This document shows positions 1 through 7,348 of a DNA stretch of 20,000 nucleotides, one piece after another. The DNA comes from Porphyridium purpureum (lineage: Eukaryota): positions 983,436 to 1,003,435 of the forward strand of contig VRMN01000005.1 in assembly GCA_008690995.1 (NCBI GenBank), in the 5' to 3' direction. The notes beneath the pieces were generated by a model that ran no database searches, was not told where the DNA came from, and was given only the letters and a program-made list of their open reading frames with translations. A program made the position numbers and the translations under genes. How positions within the stretch are numbered: the stretch's first letter is position 1; every line of letters begins with the position of its first letter.

Positions 1-62
1 CCTGCTTCCCTCGGACACGCGACTTCGGCTCCTCGGGGCGAAAGACAACAATGCACAAACCA

Positions 63-109
63 GAGGTACAGGGTAAAAAACCACGCGGGCGAAAAAGCCC
101 CTGTACCTC
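63..109. other. Branched inverted repeat (three-way junction hairpin)
   Basis: GAGGTACAG (63-71) pairs with CTGTACCTC (101-109) and encloses GGT-AAAAA-ACC and GGGC-GAAAAA-GCCC hairpins. Confidence 0.6.
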
Positions 110-127
110 AAACAATTCCGAGACGCC

Positions 128-138
128 GGGTTACTCTG
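128..138 (-). other. Conserved 3'-terminal motif of copy A (CAGAGTAACCC)
   Basis: Plus strand GGGTTACTCTG, identical at 13896-13906 and 15168-15178, each just downstream of an ORF2 stop. Confidence 0.9.
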
Positions 139-192
139 GTTACGATTTTACTGTCGGATCCTTAACCTAAAGATAATCGCAAATCTAATGCA

Positions 193-3100
193 TTACCACT
201 GTCCCGGAGCAGTGGCCAATGTCGAGAGACATGGTGTGGGCGCCAGGGAGCGGAGGCCCGAAGAGAGCCATTGCAGTCCCGCCACGGGGATGGCGGGTGC
301 CGAATGCCGCAGAAGCACGGCCTCGGCTGCCGACCGGAAGACGGCCAAGGAAAGGGCCCGATGGAGAATCATCGAGGCTTGGCCGCGCCGCAGCTGCTTG
401 GCCATCTGGAATGACCCCGCGAGCGAGGCCAGGAAAGGTCGGGCATCGTCGCCCAGGCGCCCAAAGATGTCCAGCACCAGCGGGCAAAACGAAGTCGGAG
501 CCACCGCCGCAGAGTGAGCGGTGGCGCTGACTGCCGGCGGGCCCGGACGAGCCGACACGAGCGAAGTGTAGGCCGACAGCTTGGCCGCAGTCTTGATGCG
601 AATGGCGGAGCCGGGCGTGCGCCGCGCACCTGCCTTGTCCGGCAGGACGACCGAGACGTCGACGCCGGTCGTGCCAATCAGTACGTCGTACGGCCGCCGA
701 GCCGTGCTGGTGTCGCACACCGCGGGCTCGCGCACGGTCACCAGACCCGCCGCGTGGGCAAAGTCCCGGAGCGCTTCTGCCACGCGTTCGTGGCGCCCGT
801 AGCGCGAGGGCCCGAACACACAAGCGAGCGCGTGCCGGCCCAGAGCGTCCAGGCGCTCGCCACAAATGGCACCGGTCGTGGCCGAAATGGCCGGGCACCG
901 AGTCTGCGAAGCAAACTGGGCCAAGCGCGTCGGGAGCCCGAGCATGTGGCGCACCGCTGCTTGCCACACGTGCGGCCGCATCCGAGTCGCGTGACCTGCC
1001 AGAGGTGTAGCGCTCGGCATGCTCAGCCAAGCCAGCGCAAACGGAGCGGAAATGCCGTGCCTGCGGTGGAACTCCCACGTCGTGGTGCCTTGGTCAGAGA
1101 GCCAGTCTGTCTGCATTTTGCGGAAAAAGCGACGGCAACTCTGCGTCTGGGACGACAGGAGTGTTCCGGGAGGCGCATCGTCAGCGGCGACCGGCGCTGG
1201 GAGACAAGCCAGAGCCGCCTGGTCGCTGTGGAACCGAGCATCCCAGCGCACCAAAGTGGGTGGCACCACATCATCGGGTACCTGGTCCAAGGCACGCGCG
1301 GCTGCACGGCTGCCTGCCGCGAACGCGAACGGAGCAACGTCGGTGAGCGCGGTCAGGCCGAGGCCCCCCATTGACAAGGGCAAGCGCCACTCGGGTCGGA
1401 CGTCGGTGCCGTCGAGGCAGTCCGCCGGCGCAGTCCCGACTGTGCGTGCGACGCAGTGCCGCCAGCCTTCGTCAAAGGAAGCGAGCTCCGCACGGATCAC
1501 ATCGGCCGGCATGGTGCGCGTCAGGTGCGCGAGGCGGCGCGGGCCCACGCTGCCGCGGAGGAGGTGAAACGCCTCTTCGGAGCACGGCAACTCGGACACG
1601 GTGCGAGCCAGGTCGAGGACCTTGCGAGAGAGACGCGCGATGGGCGCCAGTGCACGGCCTGCACCGGTCGCGTCCAGGGGCACACCGAGAAGCTCCGCCT
1701 CGGACCACGAAGTGACGAGCAAGTCTTGCAGGCCGTCCGGCACATCGCTGCGCGTCATCGTGCCCGTCAAGATAAACTCGGTCTTTGCGCGATTGATCGC
1801 CAGGCCATGGGCCTGCGCGTCGTGCTCGAAGGCCAGAAGGAATGCAGCCAAGTGCGCTGGCGTGCCGACGACACAGCCGTCGTCCAAGTACCATACTTGG
1901 TGCACCTGCGGCGCCGAGAACTGGGCCAAGACGTTTTGCAGGACCAACGAAAACAAGAGCGGGCCAAGCGGGTCCCCTTGCTGCACGCCCCGAGCGCTGT
2001 ACAGCATTTGGGTCCCGAGCCGAAGAGGAGAAGGTGTTGAGTAAGTTGACCGCACCAGCGGCCACAACTCGGGAAAGCGCGCGTGCACCAAGCGAAGCAG
2101 CGTGTGGCGACTGACCGTGTTGAAAGCGTTCGCCAGGTCAATTTTCAGGGCCGCTACGGGCTCGGACTGCGTTGGCTCGAGCACGGCCATGCGAGTACCC
2201 ATGATGGCGGCCTCCAGGCCCGACTTGCGGCCTACGCCGAACTGCAGCGGAAGCAGGCTGTCCACGGCAGCTTGGCCGAGGCAGCGGAGCGCAAGCTTGC
2301 CGAGCGCGCGACGAAGCACCTCACCCACCGCGATGGGTCGCACGCCGCCATCCTTCTTGCGCAAAGGAATAAGGCGGGCGTGGTTCCAGAGCGCTCCGGC
2401 CTGGCCCTCGAAGCCACGACGAACGAGCGCCTGCGACACTCGCAGCAGAGCCACTTGGACCTTGGAGCCGGCCACCTCGGTCTGAAGCGCTTGATGCAGC
2501 AGACTTGCCGACCAGCGGGACGGACCGCTCCCGCTGGTGTGGGGAATGGCGAGGATGAGCTGACGAATGTCGTCGCCCTCCCAAGGAACGTCGGCTGCGG
2601 ATGTGGAGTCCTGACCAGGCCCGTGCGCGTCTTGGCGCTGTGAGCTGGTGTCGGCGGCTGACGGATGCAGCGCGCGCAGCTTGGCAAGCACGTCATCAGT
2701 GACCTGATGAATGCCGCTGGACTCGAGAAGACGCGCGGCAGCCCCGATGTGGTGCGCGCGCATGTGCTTCTGAACCTGCTTTGCGAGCAGGTCTGGAGTC
2801 AGCGTACCCGTTGGCAAAGCAGCGTCTACCGGGACGGCCGAAACAAGCTCAGTGATGCTGTCCGCGCGCCACTTGTGGAGTCGGTCCACCAAGAAGGCCG
2901 CTCGTGCGCGGGACGGCTGTCGCCCGGGCGGCAGGCACAGAACCAATGTCGGGAACGTCCACAGCCGGCTCAGAGCGCGCACTTGCTCCAGTTCCGACGG
3001 CGCCCGCGCCAAGTCCTCCAGCATGGCTGCGAGCTCGAGCGCCACCGTGGCACTGAGCCGCTGCGGCACCCGCTTCCATGTTCTGACCTGCATTGCCAAA

Positions 3101-4164
3101 ACCGCATCGACAAAACGGACGAGTGTATGGATGGAGGCGGCACCGAAAAACTCCGAGGGAGAGTTGCGGAGTTGCGCAAACACGTCGTCGAGCCCAGTCA
3201 GGTCATCTGCTGCGCGGTTGCGCCGGACAGCCAGCGTCTGGGCATGGGTGAGGCCCGAGCCACAAAGCACTGGGTCCAGGCATCGCGAGATGGCATGCGG
3301 GTGGTTCAGCGAGTTGACCTCGCAAATCTTGCCGCACGCTCGCTGGCCAACGCCCAGCGTGCGCAGAACCGCGGGCGGGACGGCGCGGACCTGCGCTGCA
3401 GAGTGGCGCGAGAAGTGGCGCACCTGCGAGGACCGAAGGTCGAGGCGAGTGTCACAGACTGGGCACTTGGGCTTCGCGGTCGTACATGGTCCGCACTGAC
3501 ATGCCGAGTCAGCCTGGGTTCGTGGCACCGCCAGCCCGCATTTGTTTCTGCGCAGTTCCAGCGCGCCCCACACGTCCGCCGGTGGCATGATCGTGGGATG
3601 CTCGCGCCCCCAGTGGCGGCCGACGTGGGCCATGGAGCTGCTCGCAAACGGGCAACGCGGCTCCGGGCACGGATATTGCGGTGTCCGGGGCCGTGCTAGG
3701 CCGCCGCGACTCTGCGGCCGCTGTCCGTGGTCATCTGATGGCTGGCCTGCTCGCTCACGCTGGGGCAGCCAGTCATCCCCAGAGTCGGAGGTCGAGTAGG
3801 AGCTGTCGGTGGGCGACTCTGTATCGCCCAGGATCGGTGCACGGGAAAGCGTCGGACGCCGTCGCCGGAGTCCCGGCGCCATGATGGTTTCATTGCCCGT
3901 GCTCGGAGCGGGCCGACTTGGCGCGTCATTGGACGCGGAGGATGTCCGTTCGGCGCCAGTCTCGCGCACAGAAGTCAGACTGCCCCGTTGTCGGAGTGAG
4001 ACTGCGGCATGCTCGGTGCGTACACCGACGTCCCCGCCGGCATCTGGAGTGTCCCAGGCCGCCCAGTCAGAGTCCGACTCGGACCCTGCCCGACCGGCTG
4101 CTTGCCGGTTCGGGGCATCCCCGAGAGTGGGTACAAACGTATCCTTACTCATCATGGTATTCAT
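193..4164 (-). CDS. ORF2 polyprotein: C2H2 Zn fingers, reverse transcriptase, CCHC knuckle, restriction-like endonuclease
   Basis: Zn fingers CPEPRC..RHWGREH and CPVC..RHFSRH. RT motifs LIPLRKKDGGVRPIAVGE, KIDLANAFN, GVQQGDPLGPLLF, WYLDDG, LPLSMGGLGL. Knuckle CPAIS..CGERLDALGRHALAC. RLE RHERV..RRPYD..VDVSVV..K..Y..FCPLVLDIFG. ATG at 4164 chosen (alternatives 4155, 4152) by analogy with copy C; the ORF-track start at 4419 lies inside ORF1. Confidence 0.93.
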   Translation of the reverse strand: MNTMMSKDTFVPTLGDAPNRQAAGRAGSESDSDWAAWDTPDAGGDVGVRTEHAAVSLRQRGSLTSVRETGAERTSSASNDAPSRPAPSTGNETIMAPGLRRRRPTLSRAPILGDTESPTDSSYSTSDSGDDWLPQRERAGQPSDDHGQRPQSRGGLARPRTPQYPCPEPRCPFASSSMAHVGRHWGREHPTIMPPADVWGALELRRNKCGLAVPRTQADSACQCGPCTTAKPKCPVCDTRLDLRSSQVRHFSRHSAAQVRAVPPAVLRTLGVGQRACGKICEVNSLNHPHAISRCLDPVLCGSGLTHAQTLAVRRNRAADDLTGLDDVFAQLRNSPSEFFGAASIHTLVRFVDAVLAMQVRTWKRVPQRLSATVALELAAMLEDLARAPSELEQVRALSRLWTFPTLVLCLPPGRQPSRARAAFLVDRLHKWRADSITELVSAVPVDAALPTGTLTPDLLAKQVQKHMRAHHIGAAARLLESSGIHQVTDDVLAKLRALHPSAADTSSQRQDAHGPGQDSTSAADVPWEGDDIRQLILAIPHTSGSGPSRWSASLLHQALQTEVAGSKVQVALLRVSQALVRRGFEGQAGALWNHARLIPLRKKDGGVRPIAVGEVLRRALGKLALRCLGQAAVDSLLPLQFGVGRKSGLEAAIMGTRMAVLEPTQSEPVAALKIDLANAFNTVSRHTLLRLVHARFPELWPLVRSTYSTPSPLRLGTQMLYSARGVQQGDPLGPLLFSLVLQNVLAQFSAPQVHQVWYLDDGCVVGTPAHLAAFLLAFEHDAQAHGLAINRAKTEFILTGTMTRSDVPDGLQDLLVTSWSEAELLGVPLDATGAGRALAPIARLSRKVLDLARTVSELPCSEEAFHLLRGSVGPRRLAHLTRTMPADVIRAELASFDEGWRHCVARTVGTAPADCLDGTDVRPEWRLPLSMGGLGLTALTDVAPFAFAAGSRAAARALDQVPDDVVPPTLVRWDARFHSDQAALACLPAPVAADDAPPGTLLSSQTQSCRRFFRKMQTDWLSDQGTTTWEFHRRHGISAPFALAWLSMPSATPLAGHATRMRPHVWQAAVRHMLGLPTRLAQFASQTRCPAISATTGAICGERLDALGRHALACVFGPSRYGRHERVAEALRDFAHAAGLVTVREPAVCDTSTARRPYDVLIGTTGVDVSVVLPDKAGARRTPGSAIRIKTAAKLSAYTSLVSARPGPPAVSATAHSAAVAPTSFCPLVLDIFGRLGDDARPFLASLAGSFQMAKQLRRGQASMILHRALSLAVFRSAAEAVLLRHSAPAIPVAGLQWLSSGLRSLAPTPCLSTLATAPGQW

Positions 4165-4179
4165 GAGCCCCGGAGGGCT
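4145..4179 (-). promoter_or_regulatory. ORF1/ORF2 junction signal of copy A: AGCCC-UCCG-GGGCU hairpin plus overlapping start and stop
   Basis: Minus strand AGCCCTCCGGGGCTCATGAATACCATGATGAGTAA; near-identical motif in copy C. Confidence 0.65.
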
Positions 4180-6268
4180 GTGCAGATGACGGCGACTGGC
4201 TCGTGCGCGCTGGCGCCGTGGCCTGGATGAATGCGCCCCAAATGGCGTCATCCACACGGGGGCAGCCCGCACTGACCCCCTCGCACCGACTGCGGTGCAT
4301 GCTGAGGGCCTTGCTGGACGTGCCCAGCTTGAACACGCGACCGCACGGGTACGCCCCGATGCCCGCCTGCGCCAGGCGCGCGCGATCAAGAAATGCGCCC
4401 GCAGCCGCGTGGGCGTCATTCATGTGCGCAACAAGTGCCTCGGTGGTGGCGTGCACGGTGTGGCTGCTCGTGCCTGCTGCACAATCCGCAGCGGGACAGC
4501 GAAGAGCCTGGTCTGTGCGTGTCGGGTCACCAACAAACGCGTCAGGAGCATCCGAGTGTGCTGCTCCAGGCAAGCTGGCCAAGCTCCCTGCCGGTGCGGT
4601 GCCGCTGTAGTCGGCCACCAGCCGCGCGTCTGGATGCGGCGGAGCTTCGGCTGCAAGCGCGGCCTGCGGGGCGTCGACGTCGGGCCCGACCTGCCCGTCT
4701 GGTCCAGGTGGTGTCTGCTGCTGCGAATCCGTACCCGCCGCTGGCTGCACGAAAAGCGCGCGAGACGCCCGGGGTGTCCCGTCACGGAGAGCCCCCGAAG
4801 GTCGCTTCGGGTTGTGCTCCGGGGAGCTTTTCTCTGGTGCACCGTGCTTTGCTGCCGGTGAGCGCTCTGGCGTGCGCACCACTGCGCAAGGTCCTGCGAC
4901 GAACTGTGAGGCCGGTCCCGGAGGACTGTCAGGACAGAGCGGCATAGACGAGTCCGAGCAGAATGCGACGGAGCTGGTCGAGCTCTCCTCGTCGGAGTGA
5001 CCCGACGTGGTCGCCGCTGGGCTTTCATTGTCACCCATATCCACCGGCAGTCCGCATGCCTCACGGTCGGTCATAGTACTCGCGGTGCCTGGTGATACCG
5101 GCGGTGGTTCAGCCACACTCGCCCCAGGCTGAAGGGGCACGTGTGTTTCTGGCACCAACTCGGCTGGACGTGCGGCGCTACCCGACGTGGTGGCGCGAAC
5201 CTTTGCAGCTGGTGGCCCAGGCGTCGTGCGCTCCAGGGTCTTGCGCAGGCGGTGGAGAAGTCCCAGCACAGCCTGCTTGCTCTTGAAAGAGCGGGCGTCC
5301 AGCGCACCCACGCGGTCCGTGTGCGTATGGGCGTCACGTACGAGAGCCGTGCGGGCCTTCTCCGACAGACTCTGGCCCCAGCGGGCCACGTCTACGCCAA
5401 GGCGCTGCATAAGCGCGGCCGTGCGGGTTGTCCCGTTCCAGAACGGGATGGTGTTCACATGTACTGCCCTCACTCTCGGCAGCATGTCCACCAGCACCTC
5501 GGCGTACCCGACCGGCACCAGCACCAGGAAGGATGGAGACGGCGCGCCCGGCAACGACAGGACCTCCACTGGAAGTTTGCCCTCCACCTGCCGGCGCGGA
5601 GAGCTCGAAGCCACCAGCGCCCGGATGCCTTTGCGCACGGAGCGCGGCTCTGCCGAGGTGTGGCAGCTTGTCAGGACAATCCACTCGAACGACTGCATCC
5701 CCAGTGCAGTCTGGGTCCATCCAGCGCCGTCACGGCTGCCAGACGCAGCCTTGAGGTTGCTGGCCCGCGGGGTTTGTGCAAGCGCTGCTACAGGTGCCCG
5801 GCCTGTGAGTGTGCGGCCCATGTGCCCATCACCCTGGCCGGTCGCAGGGACTGGCCCCGCTTGAGCGACTCGTGCCGCCCACGACAATGAGCCCGATGGC
5901 ACTGAGACGGAGGGAAGCGCTGCGGGGATGCCGCCAGCCGCGCGTGCCACACTGCCGATCTCCACTGCAGCGGCATCGGTGCACCCAAGAAATGGCGGCG
6001 CCACAGTCTTCGCGTCGTGCGGGCGCGCGGGGCCCCACGAACGCATCAGCTCGTCTGCTCGAGCGCGGGCAAGACCCAGGATCCCTTGCACCATGAAGTC
6101 GTCGCCGGACGCCCGGGCCAGCGACCTCACCTCCGCGTCGGCCGCCTCCAAGTCACGGAGCAGCGCCTTGACGCGCACCAAAACCGCCACCGTCGGATCG
6201 GCGTCCGCGACCACCTCGATCGCCACGCCGGTGTTCCGACCCAAACCATCGCCTGCTGGGTCCCCCAT
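4145..6268 (-). CDS. ORF1 protein of retrotransposon A (coiled-coil-like N terminus, low-complexity linker, C-terminal Zn-finger module)
   Basis: Frame is open from 6364 to the stop at 4145; first ATG at 6268 (track start 6358 is TTG). C-terminal LRCPAADC..HMNDAH..LDRARLAQAGIGAYPCG matches LDKDALAEAGLAADPCG in copy C, and both contain GAHE at the end. Confidence 0.8.
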   Translation of the reverse strand: MGDPAGDGLGRNTGVAIEVVADADPTVAVLVRVKALLRDLEAADAEVRSLARASGDDFMVQGILGLARARADELMRSWGPARPHDAKTVAPPFLGCTDAAAVEIGSVARAAGGIPAALPSVSVPSGSLSWAARVAQAGPVPATGQGDGHMGRTLTGRAPVAALAQTPRASNLKAASGSRDGAGWTQTALGMQSFEWIVLTSCHTSAEPRSVRKGIRALVASSSPRRQVEGKLPVEVLSLPGAPSPSFLVLVPVGYAEVLVDMLPRVRAVHVNTIPFWNGTTRTAALMQRLGVDVARWGQSLSEKARTALVRDAHTHTDRVGALDARSFKSKQAVLGLLHRLRKTLERTTPGPPAAKVRATTSGSAARPAELVPETHVPLQPGASVAEPPPVSPGTASTMTDREACGLPVDMGDNESPAATTSGHSDEESSTSSVAFCSDSSMPLCPDSPPGPASQFVAGPCAVVRTPERSPAAKHGAPEKSSPEHNPKRPSGALRDGTPRASRALFVQPAAGTDSQQQTPPGPDGQVGPDVDAPQAALAAEAPPHPDARLVADYSGTAPAGSLASLPGAAHSDAPDAFVGDPTRTDQALRCPAADCAAGTSSHTVHATTEALVAHMNDAHAAAGAFLDRARLAQAGIGAYPCGRVFKLGTSSKALSMHRSRCEGVSAGCPRVDDAIWGAFIQATAPARTSQSPSSAQPSGAHEYHDE

Positions 6269-6520
6269 CGCTGCAAACACCGCGCCGCCGAGTCGCGCGT
6301 CCACCCCTGCATGGATCGCGGCGGCTCGCGCGCCCGGCTCCGATTCGCCTAATAGCAATTCGCGTTAGGGTTTCCTTTTCCTAGTGTAGCTCATTAATGG
6401 AAAGTGCATTGCCCAGTGTTTTCACAGGCAAATGTGGAGCCAGAGAAGAGCTACCCGCAGACATTTTCGCCTTTCTCAAACGCCTCCTACTTCGAGCCAG
6501 TCCTTCGATTTAATGGTTTT

Positions 6521-6868
6521 GAGGGGTAGTCACTATCTGCTATATTAGTGGTTTTCAAATGCTACGGGGTGGTCACCATCTGCTACAAAAATTGCATTGA
6601 AATGCTTATGCAAAACTCAGTACAAATTTAGCTTTTTTCAGAAGGAAATTTCGTGGTAAAATCGTCTTGTTTGAGGGGGTAGTCACCAAACGTAAGGGGG
6701 TAGTCACCGTGTGAAAGCGTATGAAAGTATCTCATTTTCATAGAGACGTGTTGTATCTAAATGATTGTTTCCTGAGGGGGTAGTCACCATATGCAAGTGT
6801 ATAAAAATGCTCCAGTTACTTATACACATTCTGTACTTAAATGGCATCAATCTGAGGGGGTGGTCACC
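6521..6868 (+). repeat. Six iterated GGGGTRGTCACY motifs in AT-rich DNA; the last three at exact 80-bp spacing
   Basis: Copies end at 6534, 6577, 6687, 6708, 6788 and 6868. Copies 1 and 2 are both followed by ATCTGCTA. Confidence 0.9.
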
Positions 6869-7348
6869 AAAAGGAAGCGTGTCTTTAGTTAAACAGGCGG
6901 CAACTACATGAGCGCATGGATTTTACCAGTGAAATCTAGCTTTCCAAAGTCAAATCATACAGCGAGGCCACTTTGCCACGAAAACTCGCCATGGCAAGCG
7001 CATATGCGGAACCCCCATGTTTACGATTTTTCCTGGTCAAAATGAGCGTTTTGGTACAGAAGCCTCTGGTTTCTATGTGGGGGAATTATTTTAGTAAGAG
7101 TAATTATCGTACTAAAACGATCGCATTTGACGGGTCGATGTTCATTTCAATGTCATCCCTACAGTGTTCGTGGGCAAGCCTTTAGCCGTGGAGTGTGAGC
7201 GAGGGTGGTCGTCGGGGTCGAGGCGGTCGAGGAGTGGTCTAGAGAAGTTTGAGGACGGGGCGGCGGGTTGTGGGCAATGGGCAGCAGCGTACCACAGTGT
7301 TTTTACTCATGAGGCAATCACACATGCAGAGTGGAGCTAGTGTCGGTT

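Larger units (their letters stand above)
128..6372 (-). mobile_element. Non-LTR retrotransposon copy A, CRE-like (RT + RLE), two ORFs, apparently intact; 5' boundary approximate (6370-6500)
   Basis: ORF1 and ORF2 without internal stops. Short AT-rich 3' UTR (128-192) ends in CAGAGTAACCC, shared with copies B and C. GC content drops abruptly after ~6360. Confidence 0.92.

Noticed and set aside
110..127. Target-site duplication for copy A (CAATTC near 113 and near 6356)
   Set aside because: Only a 6-bp match, and the second copy lies inside the open ORF1 frame rather than outside the element.
1700..2400. Bacterial RT system (group II intron, retron, DGR)
   Set aside because: YLDD with N-terminal C2H2 fingers, a CCHC knuckle, RLE, an ORF1 and 5' truncation identify a eukaryotic non-LTR element.
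4165..4419. N-terminal 85 aa of the 1408-aa ORF call
   Set aside because: It overlaps the conserved ORF1 Zn-finger in another frame, and copy C supports a start at the hairpin-adjacent ATG.
6382..6510. tRNA or SINE-like gene (GTAGCTCA..TGG resembles an A box)
   Set aside because: No properly spaced GTTCRA T-loop and no acceptor stem found.
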